Shown here piece by piece: positions 38,201 through 56,200 of a DNA stretch of 64,000 nucleotides. The DNA is from Eledone cirrhosa (lineage: Eukaryota), in contig OZ024746.1 of NCBI GenBank assembly GCA_964016885.1, forward strand, positions 64,790,001-64,854,000, read 5' to 3'. Made by a program: the position numbers and the translations under genes. Every line of letters starts with the position of its first letter. Within the stretch, counting starts at the first letter, position 1. The notes under the pieces are model-generated. The model ran no database searches. It was not told the DNA's origin and saw nothing but the letters and a program-made list of their open reading frames with translations.

Positions 38201-41200
38201 CCTCATATTCCTCTTACATTACCTCATATTCCTCTTACATTACCTCATATTCCTCTTACATTACCTCATATTCCTCTTACATTATCTGATATTCCTCTTA
38301 CATTATCTCATATTCCTCTTACATTACCTCATATTCCTCTTACATTACCTCATATTCCTCTTACATTACCTCATATTCCTCTTACATTATCTCATATTCC
38401 TCTTACGTTACCTCATATTCCTCTTACATTACCTCATATTCCTCTTACATTACCTCATATTCCTCTTACATTACCTCATATTCCTCTTACCTTACCTCAT
38501 ATTCCTCTTACACTACCTCATATTCCTCTTACATTATCTCATATTTCTCTTACATTACCTCATATTCCTCTTACATTACCTCATATTCCTCTTACATTAT
38601 CTCATATTCCTCTTACATTACCTCATATTCCTCTTACATTACCTCATGTTACTCTTACATTACCTCATATTCCTCTTACCTTATCTCATATTCCTCTTAC
38701 ATTACCTCATGTTACTCTTACATTACCTCATATTCCTCTTACATTACCTCATATTCCTCTTACCTTATCTCATATTCCTCTTACATTACCTCATATTCCT
38801 CTTACATTACCTCGTATTCCTCTTACATTACCTCGTATTCCTCTTACATTACCTCATATTCCTCTTACCTTACCTAATATTCCTCTTACCTTAACTCATA
38901 TTCCTCTTACATTACCTCATATTCCTCTTACATTACCTCATATTCCTCTTACATTACCTCATATTCCTCTTACATTATCTCACGTTCCTCTTATCTTACC
39001 TCGTATTCCTCTTACCTTATCTCATATTCCTCTTACATTACCTCATATTCCTCTTACCTTACCTCATGTTACTCTTACATTACCTCATATTCCTCTTACA
39101 TTACCTCATATTCCTCTTACATTACCTCATATTCCTCTTACATTACCTCATATTCCTCTTACATTACCTCATATTCCTCTTACATTACCTCATATTCCTC
39201 TTACATTATCTCATATTCCTCTTACATTATCTCATATTCCTCTTACATTACCTCATATTCCTCTTACCTTACCTCATATTCCTCTTACATTACCTCATAT
39301 TCCTCTTACATTATCTCATATTCCTCTTACATTACCTCATATTCCTCTTACATTACCTCATATTCCTCTTACATTACCTCATATTCCTCTTACATTACCT
39401 CATTTTCCTCTTACATTACCTCATATTCCTCTTACATTACCTCATATTCCTCTTACATTATCTCATATTCCTCTTACATTACCTCATATTCCTCTTACAT
39501 TACCTCATATTCCTCTTACATTACCTCATATTCCTCTTACATTACATCATTTTCCTCTTACATTACCTCATATTCCTCTTACATTACCTCATATTCCTCT
39601 TACATTACCTCATATTCCTCTTACATTATCTCATATTCCTCTTACGTTACCTCATATTCCTCTTACATTATCTCATATTCCTCTTACCTTACCTCATATT
39701 CCCCTTACATTACCTCATATTCCTCTTACCTTACCTCATATTCCTCTTACATTACCTCATATTCCTCTTACATTACCTCATTTTCCTCTTACATTACCTC
39801 ATATTCCTCTTACATTACCTCATATTCCTCTTACATTACCTCATATTCCTCTTACATTATCTCACGTTCCTCTTATCTTACCTCGTATTCCTCTTACCTT
39901 ATCTCATATTCCTCTTACATTACCTCATATTCCTCTTACCTTACCTCATGTTACTCTTACATTACCTCATATTCCTCTTACATTATCTCATATTCCTCTT
40001 ACATTATCTCATATTCCTCTTACATTACCTCATATTCCTCTTACCTTACCTCATATTCCTCTTACATTACCTCATATTCCTCTTACCTTACCTCATAATC
40101 CTCTTACATTACCTCATATTCCTCTTACATTACCTCATATTCCTCTTACATTACCTCATATTCCTCTTACATTACCTCATATTCCTCTTACCTTACCTCA
40201 TATTCCTCTTACATTACCTCATATTCCTCTTACATTACCTCATATTCCTCTTACATTACCTCATATTCCTCTTACATTACCTCATATTCCTCTTACCTTA
40301 CCTCATATTCCTCTTACATTACCTCATATTCCTCTTACCTTACCTCATATTCCTCTTACATTACCTCATATTCCTCTTACATTACCTCATATTCCTCTTA
40401 CATTACCTCATATTCCTCTTACATTACCTCATATTCCTCTTACATTACCTCATATTCCTCTTACCTTAACTCATATTCCTCTTACATTACCTCATATTCC
40501 TCTTACATTACCTCATATTCCTCTTACATTACCTCATATTCCTCTTACATTACCTCATATTCCTCTTACATTATCTGATATTCCTCTTACATTATCTCAT
40601 ATTCCTCTTACATTACCTCATATTCCTCTTACATTACCTCATATTCCTCTTACATTACCTCATATTCCTCTTACATTATCTCATATTCCTCTTACGTTAC
40701 CTCATATTCCTCTTACATTACCTCATATTCCTCTTACATTACCTCATATTCCTCTTACATTACCTCATATTCCTCTTACCTTACCTCATATTCCTCTTAC
40801 ACTACCTCATATTCCTCTTACATTATCTCATATTTCTCTTACATTACCTCATATTCCTCTTACATTACCTCATATTCCTCTTACATTATCTCATATTCCT
40901 CTTACATTACCTCATATTCCTCTTACATTACCTCATGTTACTCTTACATTACCTCATATTCCTCTTACCTTATCTCATATTCCTCTTACATTACCTCATG
41001 TTACTCTTACATTACCTCATATTCCTCTTACATTACCTCATATTCCTCTTACCTTATCTCATATTCCTCTTACATTACCTCATATTCCTCTTACATTACC
41101 TCGTATTCCTCTTACATTACCTCGTATTCCTCTTACATTACCTCATATTCCTCTTACCTTACCTAATATTCCTCTTACCTTAACTCATATTCCTCTTACA

Positions 41201-44200
41201 TTACCTCATATTCCTCTTACATTACCTCATATTCCTCTTACATTACCTCATATTCCTCTTACATTATCTCACGTTCCTCTTATCTTACCTCGTATTCCTC
41301 TTACCTTATCTCATATTCCTCTTACATTACCTCATATTCCTCTTACCTTACCTCATGTTACTCTTACATTACCTCATATTCCTCTTACATTACCTCATAT
41401 TCCTCTTACATTACCTCATATTCCTCTTACATTACCTCATATTCCTCTTACATTACCTCATATTCCTCTTACATTACCTCATATTCCTCTTACATTATCT
41501 CATATTCCTCTTACATTATCTCATATTCCTCTTACATTACCTCATATTCCTCTTACCTTACCTCATATTCCTCTTACATTACCTCATATTCCTCTTACAT
41601 TATCTCATATTCCTCTTACATTACCTCATATTCCTCTTACATTACCTCATATTCCTCTTACATTACCTCATATTCCTCTTACATTACCTCATTTTCCTCT
41701 TACATTACCTCATATTCCTCTTACATTACCTCATATTCCTCTTACATTATCTCATATTCCTCTTACATTACCTCATATTCCTCTTACATTACCTCATATT
41801 CCTCTTACATTACCTCATATTCCTCTTACATTACATCATTTTCCTCTTACATTACCTCATATTCCTCTTACATTACCTCATATTCCTCTTACATTACCTC
41901 ATATTCCTCTTACATTATCTCATATTCCTCTTACGTTACCTCATATTCCTCTTACATTATCTCATATTCCTCTTACCTTACCTCATATTCCCCTTACATT
42001 ACCTCATATTCCTCTTACCTTACCTCATATTCCTCTTACATTACCTCATATTCCTCTTACATTACCTCATTTTCCTCTTACATTACCTCATATTCCTCTT
42101 ACATTACCTCATATTCCTCTTACATTACCTCATATTCCTCTTACATTATCTCACGTTCCTCTTATCTTACCTCGTATTCCTCTTACCTTATCTCATATTC
42201 CTCTTACATTACCTCATATTCCTCTTACCTTACCTCATGTTACTCTTACATTACCTCATATTCCTCTTACATTACCTCATATTCCTCTTACATTACCTCA
42301 TATTCCTCTTACATTACCTCATATTCCTCTTACATTACCTCATATTCCTCTTACATTACCTCATATTCCTCTTACATTATCTCATATTCCTCTTACATTA
42401 TCTCATATTCCTCTTACATTACCTCATATTCCTCTTACCTTACCTCATATTCCTCTTACATTACCTCATATTCCTCTTACATTATCTCATATTCCTCTTA
42501 CATTACCTCATATTCCTCTTACATTACCTCATATTCCTCTTACATTACCTCATATTCCTCTTACATTACCTCATTTTCCTCTTACATTACCTCATATTCC
42601 TCTTACATTACCTCATATTCCTCTTACATTATCTCATATTCCTCTTACATTACCTCATATTCCTCTTACATTACCTCATATTCCTCTTACATTACCTCAT
42701 ATTCCTCTTACATTACATCATTTTCCTCTTACATTACCTCATATTCCTCTTACATTACCTCATATTCCTCTTACATTACCTCATATTCCTCTTACATTAT
42801 CTCATATTCCTCTTACGTTACCTCATATTCCTCTTACATTATCTCATATTCCTCTTACCTTACCTCATATTCCCCTTACATTACCTCATATTCCTCTTAC
42901 CTTACCTCATATTCCTCTTACATTACCTCATATTCCTCTTACATTACCTCATTTTCCTCTTACATTACCTCATATTCCTCTTACATTACCTCATATTCCT
43001 CTTACATTACCTCATATTCCTCTTACATTATCTCATATTCCTCTTACGTTACCTCATATTCCTCTTACATTACCTCATATTCCTCTTACATTACCTCATA
43101 TTCCTCTTACATTACCTCATATTCCTCTTACATTACCTCATATTCCTCTTACCTTACCTCATATTCCTCTTACATTACCTCATATTCCTCTTACATTATC
43201 TCATATTCCTCTTACATTACCTCATATTCCTCTTACCTTACCTCATATTCCTCTTACATTACCTCATTTTCCTCTTACATTACCTCATATTCCTCTTACA
43301 TTACCTCATATTCCTCTTACATTATCTCATATTCCTCTTACGTTACCTCATATTCCTCTTACATTACCTCATATTCCTCTTACATTACCTCATATTCCTC
43401 TTACATTACCTCATATTCCTCTTACCTTACCTCATATTCCTCTTACCTTACCTCATATTCCTCTTACCTTAGCTCATGTTCCTCTTACATTACCTCATAT
43501 TCCTCTTACCTTACCTCATATTCCTCTTACCTTACCTCATATTCTCTTACCTTACCTCATATTCCTCTTACCTTACCTCATATTCCTCTTACATTACCTC
43601 ATATTCCTCTTACCTTAGCTCATGTTCCTCTTACATTACCTCATATTCCTCTTACCTTACCTCATATTCCTCTTACATTACCTCATATTCCTCTTACCTT
43701 ACCTCATATTCCTCTTACCTTACCTCATATTCTCTTACCTTACCTCATATTCCTCTTACCTTACCTCATATTCCTCTTACATTACCTCATATTCCTCTTA
43801 CCTTAGCTCATGTTCCTCTTACATTACCTCATATTCTTCTTACCTTATCTCATATTCCTCTTACATTACCTCATATTACTCTTACATTACCTCATATTCC
43901 TCTTACATTACCGCGTATTCCCCTTACATTACCTCATATTCCTCTTACCTTACCTCATATTCCTCTTACCTTACCTCATATTCCCCTTACATTATCTCAT
44001 ATTCCTCTTACATTACCTCATATTCCTCTTACCTTACCTCATATTCCTCTTACATTACCTCATATTCCTCTTACCTTAGCTCATATTCCTCTTACATTAC
44101 CTCATATTCCTCTTACCTTACCTTATATTCCTCTTACATTACCTCATATTCCTCTTACATTATCTCATATTCCTCTTACATTATCTCATATTCCTCTTAC

Positions 44201-47200
44201 ATTACCTCATATTCCTCTTACCTTACCTCATATTCCTCTTACATTACCTCATATTCCTCTTACCTTACCTCATAATCCTCTTACATTACCTCATATTCCT
44301 CTTACATTACCTCATATTCCTCTTACATTACCTCATATTCCTCTTACATTACCTCATATTCCTCTTACCTTACCTCATATTCCTCTTACATCACCTCATA
44401 TTCCTCTTACATTACCTCATATTCCTCTTACATTACCTCATATTCCTCTTACATTACCTCATATTCCTCTTACATTACCTCATATTCCTCTTACCTTACC
44501 TCATATTCCTCTTACCTTACCTCAAATTCCTCTTACATTACCTTATATTCCTCTTACATTACCTCATATTCCTCTTACATTACCTCATATTCCTCTTACA
44601 TTACCTCATATTCCTCTTACATTACCTCATATTCCTCTTACCTTAACTCATATTCCTCTTACATTACCTCATATTCCTCTTACATTACCTCATATTCCTC
44701 TTACATTACCTCATATTCCTCTTACATTACCTCATATTCCTCTTACATTATCTGATATTCCTCTTACATTCTCATATTCCTCTTACATTACCTCATATTC
44801 CTCTTACATTACCTCATATTCCTCTTACATTACCTCATATTCCTCTTACATTATCTCATATTCCTCTTACGTTACCTCATATTCCTCTTACATTACCTAA
44901 TATTCCTCTTACATTACCTCATATTCCTCTTACATTACCTCATATTCCTCTTACCTTACCTCATATTCCTCTTACATTACCTCATATTCCTCTTACATTA
45001 TCTCATATTTCTCTTACATTACCTCATATTCCTCTTACATTACCTCATATTCCTCTTACCTTACGTCATATTCCTCTTACATTACCTCATATTCCTCTTA
45101 CATTACCTCATATTCCTCTTACATTACCTCATATTCCTCTTACATTACCTCATGTTACTCTTACATTACCTCATGTTACTCTTACATTACTTCATATTCC
45201 TCTTACATTACCTCATATTCCTCTTACCTTACCTTATATTCCTCTTACATTACCTCATATTCCTCTTACATTATCTCATATTCCTCTTACATTATCTCAT
45301 ATTCCTCTTACATTACCTCATATTCCTCTTACCTTACCTCATATTCCTCTTACATTACCTCATATTCCTCTTACCTTACCTCATAATCCTCTTACATTAC
45401 CTCATATTCCTCTTACATTACCTCATATTCCTCTTACATTACCTCATATTCCTCTTACCTTACCTCATATTCCTCTTACATTACCTCATATTCCTCTTAC
45501 ATTACCTCATATTCCTCTTACATTACCTCATATTCCTCTTACATTACCTCATATTCCTCTTACATTACCTCATATTCCTCTTACCTTACCTCATATTCCT
45601 CTTACATTACCTCATATTCCTCTTACCTTACCTCATATTCCTCTTACATTACCTCATATTCCTCTTACATTACCTCATATTCCTCTTACATTACCTCATA
45701 TTCCTCTTACATTACCTCATATTCCTCTTACCTTAACTCATATTCCTCTTACATTACCTCATATTCCTCTTACATTACCTCATATTCCTCTTACATTACC
45801 TCATATTCCTCTTACATTATCTGATATTCCTCTTACGTTATCTCATATTCCTCTTACATTACCTCATATTCCTCTTACATTACCTCATATTCCTCTTACA
45901 TTACCTCATATTCCTCTTACATTATCTCATATTCCTCTTACGTTACCTCATATTCCTCTTACATTACCTCATATTCCTCTTACATTATCTCATATTTCTC
46001 TTACATTACCTCATATTCCTCTTACATTACCTCATATTCCTCTTACATTACCTCATATTCCTCTTACATTACCTCATATTCCTCTTACATTACCTCATAT
46101 TCCTCTTACCTTACCTCATATTCCTCTTACATTACCTCATATTCCTCTTACCTTACCTCATATTCCTCTTACATTACCTCATATTCATTACCTCATATTC
46201 CTCTTACATTACCTCATATTCCTCTTACATTACCTCATATTCCTCTTACATTACCTCATATTCCTCTTACCTTACCTCATATTCCTCTTACATACCTCAT
46301 ATTCCTCTTACATTACCTCATATTCCTCTTACATTACCTCATATTCCTCTTACATTACCTCATATTCCTCTTACATTACCTCATATTCCTCTTACATTAT
46401 CTCATATTCCTCTTACATTATCTCATATTCTCTTACATTACCTCATATTCCTCTTACATTACCTCATATTCCTCTTACATTACCTCATATTCCTCTTACA
46501 TTACCTCATATTCCTCTTACATTATCTCACGTTCCTCTTATCTTACCTCGTATTCCTCTTACCTTATCTCATATTCCTCTTACATTACCTCATATTCCTC
46601 TTACCTTACCTCATGTTACTCTTACATTACCTCATATTCCTCTTACATTACCTCATATTCCTCTTACATTACCTCATATTCCTCTTACATTACCTCATAT
46701 TCCTCTTACATTACCTCATATTCCTCTTACATTACCTCATATTCCTCTTACCTTACCTCATATTCCTCTTACATTACCTCATATTCCTCTTACCTTACCT
46801 CATATTCCTCTTACATTACCTCATATTCATTACCTCATATTCCTCTTACATTACCTCATATTCCTCTTACATTACCTCATATTCCTCTTACATTACCTCA
46901 TATTCCTCTTACATTACCTCATATTCCTCTTACATTACCTCATATTCCTCTTACCTTACCTCATATTCCTCTTACATACCTCATATTCCTCTTACATTAC
47001 CTCATATTCCTCTTACATTACCTCATATTCCTCTTACATTACCTCATATTCCTCTTACATTACCTCATATTCCTCTTACATTATCTCATATTCCTCTTAC
47101 ATTATCTCATATTCCTCTTACATTACCTCATATTCCTCTTACCTTACCTCATATTCCTCTTACATTACCTCATATTCCTCTTACATTATCTCATATTCCT

Positions 47201-50200
47201 CTTACATTACCTCATATTCCTCTTACATTACCTCATATTCCTCTTACATTACCTCATATTCCTCTTACATTACCTCATTTTCCTCTTACATTACCTCATA
47301 TTCCTCTTACATTACCTCATATTCCTCTTACATTACCTCATATTCCTCTTACATTATCTCATATTCCTCTTACGTTACCTCATAATCCTCTTACATTATC
47401 TCATATTCCTCTTACCTTACCTCATATTCCCCTTACATTACCTCATATTCCTCTTACCTTACCTCATATTCCTCTTACATTACCTCATATTCCTCTTACA
47501 TTACCTCATATTCCTCTTACATTACCTCATATTCCTCTTACATTATCTCATATTCCTCTTACATTATCTCATATTCCTCTTACATTACCTCATATTCCTC
47601 TTACCTTACCTCATATTCCTCTTACATTACCTCATATTCCTCTTACATTATCTCATATTCCTCTTACATTACCTCATATTCCTCTTACATTACCTCATAT
47701 TCCTCTTACATTACCTCATATTCCTCTTACATTACCTCATATTCCTCTTACATTACCTCATATTCCTCTTACCTTACCTCATATTCCTCTTACATTACCT
47801 CATATTCCTCTTACATTACCTCATATTCCTCTTACATTACCTCATATTCCTCTTACATTATCTGATATTCCTCTTACATTATCTCATATTCCTCTTACAT
47901 TACCTCATATTCCTCTTACATTACCTCATATTCCTCTTACATTACCTCATATTCCTCTTACATTACCTCATTTTCCTCTTACATTACCTCATATTCCTCT
48001 TACATTACCTCATATTCCTCTTACATTACCTCATATTCCTCTTACATTCTCATATTCCTCTTACGTTACCTCATATTCCTCTTACATTACCTCATATTCC
48101 TCTTACATTACCTCATATTCCTCTTACATTACTTCATATTCCTCTTACCTTACCTCATATTCCTCTTACATTATCTCATATTCCTCTTACATTACCTCAT
48201 ATTCCTCTTACATTACCTCATATTCCTCTTACATTACCTCATTTTCCTCTTACATTACCTCATATTCCTCTTACATTACCTCATATTCCTCTTACATTAC
48301 CTCATATTCCTCTTACATTCTCATATTCCTCTTACGTTACCTCATATTCCTCTTACATTACCTCATATTCCTCTTACATTACCTCATATTCCTCTTACAT
48401 TACCTCATATTCCTCTTACATTACCTCATATTCCTCTTACATTATCTCATATTCCTCTTACATTACCTCATATTCCTCTTACATTACCTCATGTTACTCT
48501 TACATTACCTCATATTCCTCTTACCTTATCTCATATTCCTCTTACATTACCTCATGTTACTCTTACATTACCTCATATTCCTCTTACATTACCTCATATT
48601 CCTCTTACCTTATCTCATATTCCTCTTACATTACCTCATATTCCTCTTACATTACCTCGTATTCCTCTTACATTACCTCGTATTCCTCTTACATTACCTC
48701 ATATTCCTCTTACCTTACCTAATATTCCTCTTACCTTAACTCATATTCCTCTTACATTACCTCATATTCCTCTTACATTACCTCATATTCCTCTTACATT
48801 ACCTCATATTCCTCTTACATTATCTCACGTTCCTCTTATCTTACCTCGTATTCCTCTTACCTTATCTCATATTCCTCTTACATTACCTCATATTCCTCTT
48901 ACCTTACCTCATGTTACTCTTACATTACCTCATATTCCTCTTACATTACCTCATATTCCTCTTACATTACCTCATATTCCTCTTACATTACCTCATATTC
49001 CTCTTACATTACCTCATATTCCTCTTACCTTACCTCATATTCCTCTTACATTACCTCATATTCCTCTTACCTTACCTCATATTCCTCTTACATTACCTCA
49101 TATTCCTCTTACATTACCTCATATTCCTCTTACATTACCTCATATTCCTCTTACATTACCTCATATTCCTCTTACCTTAACTCATATTCCTCTTACATTA
49201 CCTCATATTCCTCTTACATTACCTCATATTCCTCTTACATTACCTCATATTCCTCTTACATTATCTGATATTCCTCTTACGTTATCTCATATTCCTCTTA
49301 CATTACCTCATATTCCTCTTACATTACCTCATATTCCTCTTACATTACCTCATATTCCTCTTACATTATCTCATATTCCTCTTACGTTACCTCATATTCC
49401 TCTTACATTACCTCATATTCCTCTTACATTATCTCATATTTCTCTTACATTACCTCATATTCCTCTTACATTACCTCATATTCCTCTTACATTACCTCAT
49501 ATTCCTCTTACATTACCTCATATTCCTCTTACATTACCTCATATTCCTCTTACCTTACCTCATATTCCTCTTACATTACCTCATATTCCTCTTACCTTAC
49601 CTCATATTCCTCTTACATTACCTCATATTCATTACCTCATATTCCTCTTACATTACCTCATATTCCTCTTACATTACCTCATATTCCTCTTACATTACCT
49701 CATATTCCTCTTACCTTACCTCATATTCCTCTTACATACCTCATATTCCTCTTACATTACCTCATATTCCTCTTACATTACCTCATATTCCTCTTACATT
49801 ACCTCATATTCCTCTTACATTACCTCATATTCCTCTTACATTATCTCATATTCCTCTTACATTATCTCATATTCTCTTACATTACCTCATATTCCTCTTA
49901 CATTACCTCATATTCCTCTTACATTACCTCATATTCCTCTTACATTACCTCATATTCCTCTTACATTATCTCACGTTCCTCTTATCTTACCTCGTATTCC
50001 TCTTACCTTATCTCATATTCCTCTTACATTACCTCATATTCCTCTTACCTTACCTCATGTTACTCTTACATTACCTCATATTCCTCTTACATTACCTCAT
50101 ATTCCTCTTACATTACCTCATATTCCTCTTACATTACCTCATATTCCTCTTACATTACCTCATATTCCTCTTACATTACCTCATATTCCTCTTACCTTAC

Positions 50201-53200
50201 CTCATATTCCTCTTACATTACCTCATATTCCTCTTACCTTACCTCATATTCCTCTTACATTACCTCATATTCATTACCTCATATTCCTCTTACATTACCT
50301 CATATTCCTCTTACATTACCTCATATTCCTCTTACATTACCTCATATTCCTCTTACATTACCTCATATTCCTCTTACATTACCTCATATTCCTCTTACCT
50401 TACCTCATATTCCTCTTACATACCTCATATTCCTCTTACATTACCTCATATTCCTCTTACATTACCTCATATTCCTCTTACATTACCTCATATTCCTCTT
50501 ACATTACCTCATATTCCTCTTACATTATCTCATATTCCTCTTACATTATCTCATATTCCTCTTACATTACCTCATATTCCTCTTACCTTACCTCATATTC
50601 CTCTTACATTACCTCATATTCCTCTTACATTATCTCATATTCCTCTTACATTACCTCATATTCCTCTTACATTACCTCATATTCCTCTTACATTACCTCA
50701 TATTCCTCTTACATTACCTCATTTTCCTCTTACATTACCTCATATTCCTCTTACATTACCTCATATTCCTCTTACATTACCTCATATTCCTCTTACATTA
50801 TCTCATATTCCTCTTACATTACCTGATATTCCTCTTACATTACCTCATATTCCTCTTACCTTACCTCATATTCCTCTTACATTACCTTATATTCCTCTTA
50901 CATTACCTCATATTCCTCTTACCTTACCTCATATTCCTCTTACATTACCTCATATTCCTCTTACCTTACCTCATATTCCTCTTACCTTACCTCATATTCT
51001 CTTACCTTACCTCATATTCCTCTTACCTTACCTCATATACCACTTTCATTACCTTATATTCCTCTTACATTACCTCATATTCCTCTTACATTATCTCATA
51101 TTCCTCTTACCTTACCTCATATTCCCCTTACATTACCTCATATTCCTCTTACCTTACCTCATATTCCTCTTACATTACCTCATATTCCTCTTACCTTAGC
51201 TCATATTCCTCTTACATTACCTCATATTCCTCTTACATTACCTCATATTCTTCTTACCTTATCTCATATTCCTCTTACATTACCTCATGTTACTCTTACA
51301 TTACCTCATATTACTCTTACATTACCTCATATTCCTCTTACATTACCTCGTATTCCCCTTACATTACCTCATATTCCTCTTACCTTACCTCATATTCCTC
51401 TTACCTTACCTCATATTCCCCTTACATTATCTCATATTCCTCTTACATTACCTCATATTCCTCTTACCTTACCTCATATTCCTCTTACATTACCTCATAT
51501 TCCTCTTACCTTAGCTCATATTCCTCTTACATTACCTCATATTCCTCTTACCTTACCTCATATTCCTCTTACATTACCTCATATTCCTCTTACCTTAGCT
51601 CATATTCCTCTTACCTTACCTCATATTCCTCTTACCTTACCTTATATTCCTCTTACATTACCTCATATTCCTCTTACATTATCTCATATTCCTCTTACAT
51701 TATCTCATATTCCTCTTACATTACCTCATATTCCTCTTACCTTACCTCATATTCCTCTTACATTACCTCATATTCCTCTTACCTTACCTCATAATCCTCT
51801 TACATTACCTCATATTCCTCTTACATTACCTCATATTCCTCTTACATTACCTCATATTCCTCTTACATTACCTCATATTCCTCTTACCTTACCTCATATT
51901 CCTCTTACATTACCTCATATTCCTCTTACATTACCTCATATTCCTCTTACATTACCTCATATTCCTCTTACATTACCTCATATTCCTCTTACCTTACCTC
52001 ATATTCCTCTTACATTACCTCATATTCCTCTTACCTTACCTCATATTCCTCTTACATTACCTCATATTCCTCTTACATTACCTCATATTCCTCTTACATT
52101 ACCTCATATTCCTCTTACATTACCTCATATTCCTCTTACATTACCTCATATTCCTCTTACCTTAACTCATATTCCTCTTACATTACCTCATATTCCTCTT
52201 ACATTACCTCATATTCCTCTTACATTACCTCATATTCCTCTTACATTACCTCATATTCCTCTTACATTATCTGATATTCCTCTTACATTATCTCATATTC
52301 CTCTTACATTACCTCATATTCCTCTTACATTACCTCATATTCCTCTTACATTACCTCATATTCCTCTTACATTATCTCATATTCCTCTTACGTTACCTCA
52401 TATTCCTCTTACATTACCTCATATTCCTCTTACATTACCTCATATTCCTCTTACATTACCTCATATTCCTCTTACCTTACCTCATATTCCTCTTACACTA
52501 CCTCATATTCCTCTTACATTATCTCATATTTCTCTTACATTACCTCATATTCCTCTTACATTACCTCATATTCCTCTTACATTATCTCATATTCCTCTTA
52601 CATTACCTCATATTCCTCTTACATTACCTCATGTTACTCTTACATTACCTCATATTCCTCTTACCTTATCTCATATTCCTCTTACATTACCTCATGTTAC
52701 TCTTACATTACCTCATATTCCTCTTACATTACCTCATATTCCTCTTACCTTATCTCATATTCCTCTTACATTACCTCATATTCCTCTTACATTACCTCGT
52801 ATTCCTCTTACATTACCTCGTATTCCTCTTACATTACCTCATATTCCTCTTACCTTACCTAATATTCCTCTTACCTTAACTCATATTCCTCTTACATTAC
52901 CTCATATTCCTCTTACATTACCTCATATTCCTCTTACATTACCTCATATTCCTCTTACATTATCTCACGTTCCTCTTATCTTACCTCGTATTCCTCTTAC
53001 CTTATCTCATATTCCTCTTACATTACCTCATATTCCTCTTACCTTACCTCATGTTACTCTTACATTACCTCATATTCCTCTTACATTACCTCATATTCCT
53101 CTTACATTACCTCATATTCCTCTTACATTACCTCATATTCCTCTTACATTACCTCATATTCCTCTTACATTACCTCATATTCCTCTTACATTATCTCATA

Positions 53201-56200
53201 TTCCTCTTACATTATCTCATATTCCTCTTACATTACCTCATATTCCTCTTACCTTACCTCATATTCCTCTTACATTACCTCATATTCCTCTTACATTATC
53301 TCATATTCCTCTTACATTACCTCATATTCCTCTTACATTACCTCATATTCCTCTTACATTACCTCATATTCCTCTTACATTACCTCATTTTCCTCTTACA
53401 TTACCTCATATTCCTCTTACATTACCTCATATTCCTCTTACATTATCTCATATTCCTCTTACATTACCTCATATTCCTCTTACATTACCTCATATTCCTC
53501 TTACATTACCTCATATTCCTCTTACATTACATCATTTTCCTCTTACATTACCTCATATTCCTCTTACATTACCTCATATTCCTCTTACATTACCTCATAT
53601 TCCTCTTACATTATCTCATATTCCTCTTACGTTACCTCATATTCCTCTTACATTATCTCATATTCCTCTTACCTTACCTCATATTCCCCTTACATTACCT
53701 CATATTCCTCTTACCTTACCTCATATTCCTCTTACATTACCTCATATTCCTCTTACATTACCTCATTTTCCTCTTACATTACCTCATATTCCTCTTACAT
53801 TACCTCATATTCCTCTTACATTACCTCATATTCCTCTTACATTATCTCACGTTCCTCTTATCTTACCTCGTATTCCTCTTACCTTATCTCATATTCCTCT
53901 TACATTACCTCATATTCCTCTTACCTTACCTCATGTTACTCTTACATTACCTCATATTCCTCTTACATTACCTCATATTCCTCTTACATTACCTCATATT
54001 CCTCTTACATTACCTCATATTCCTCTTACATTACCTCATATTCCTCTTACATTACCTCATATTCCTCTTACATTATCTCATATTCCTCTTACATTATCTC
54101 ATATTCCTCTTACATTACCTCATATTCCTCTTACCTTACCTCATATTCCTCTTACATTACCTCATATTCCTCTTACATTATCTCATATTCCTCTTACATT
54201 ACCTCATATTCCTCTTACATTACCTCATATTCCTCTTACATTACCTCATATTCCTCTTACATTACCTCATTTTCCTCTTACATTACCTCATATTCCTCTT
54301 ACATTACCTCATATTCCTCTTACATTATCTCATATTCCTCTTACATTACCTCATATTCCTCTTACATTACCTCATATTCCTCTTACATTACCTCATATTC
54401 CTCTTACATTACATCATTTTCCTCTTACATTACCTCATATTCCTCTTACATTACCTCATATTCCTCTTACATTACCTCATATTCCTCTTACATTATCTCA
54501 TATTCCTCTTACGTTACCTCATATTCCTCTTACATTATCTCATATTCCTCTTACCTTACCTCATATTCCCCTTACATTACCTCATATTCCTCTTACCTTA
54601 CCTCATATTCCTCTTACATTACCTCATATTCCTCTTACATTACCTCATTTTCCTCTTACATTACCTCATATTCCTCTTACATTACCTCATATTCCTCTTA
54701 CATTACCTCATATTCCTCTTACATTATCTCATATTCCTCTTACGTTACCTCATATTCCTCTTACATTACCTCATATTCCTCTTACATTACCTCATATTCC
54801 TCTTACATTACCTCATATTCCTCTTACATTACCTCATATTCCTCTTACCTTACCTCATATTCCTCTTACATTACCTCATATTCCTCTTACATTATCTCAT
54901 ATTCCTCTTACATTACCTCATATTCCTCTTACCTTACCTCATATTCCTCTTACATTACCTCATTTTCCTCTTACATTACCTCATATTCCTCTTACATTAC
55001 CTCATATTCCTCTTACATTATCTCATATTCCTCTTACGTTACCTCATATTCCTCTTACATTACCTCATATTCCTCTTACATTACCTCATATTCCTCTTAC
55101 ATTACCTCATATTCCTCTTACCTTACCTCATATTCCTCTTACCTTACCTCATATTCCTCTTACCTTAGCTCATGTTCCTCTTACATTACCTCATATTCCT
55201 CTTACCTTACCTCATATTCCTCTTACCTTACCTCATATTCTCTTACCTTACCTCATATTCCTCTTACCTTACCTCATATTCCTCTTACATTACCTCATAT
55301 TCCTCTTACCTTAGCTCATGTTCCTCTTACATTACCTCATATTCCTCTTACCTTACCTCATATTCCTCTTACATTACCTCATATTCCTCTTACCTTACCT
55401 CATATTCCTCTTACCTTACCTCATATTCTCTTACCTTACCTCATATTCCTCTTACCTTACCTCATATTCCTCTTACATTACCTCATATTCCTCTTACCTT
55501 AGCTCATGTTCCTCTTACATTACCTCATATTCTTCTTACCTTATCTCATATTCCTCTTACATTACCTCATATTACTCTTACATTACCTCATATTCCTCTT
55601 ACATTACCGCGTATTCCCCTTACATTACCTCATATTCCTCTTACCTTACCTCATATTCCTCTTACCTTACCTCATATTCCCCTTACATTATCTCATATTC
55701 CTCTTACATTACCTCATATTCCTCTTACCTTACCTCATATTCCTCTTACATTACCTCATATTCCTCTTACCTTAGCTCATATTCCTCTTACATTACCTCA
55801 TATTCCTCTTACCTTACCTTATATTCCTCTTACATTACCTCATATTCCTCTTACATTATCTCATATTCCTCTTACATTATCTCATATTCCTCTTACATTA
55901 CCTCATATTCCTCTTACCTTACCTCATATTCCTCTTACATTACCTCATATTCCTCTTACCTTACCTCATAATCCTCTTACATTACCTCATATTCCTCTTA
56001 CATTACCTCATATTCCTCTTACATTACCTCATATTCCTCTTACATTACCTCATATTCCTCTTACCTTACCTCATATTCCTCTTACATCACCTCATATTCC
56101 TCTTACATTACCTCATATTCCTCTTACATTACCTCATATTCCTCTTACATTACCTCATATTCCTCTTACATTACCTCATATTCCTCTTACCTTACCTCAT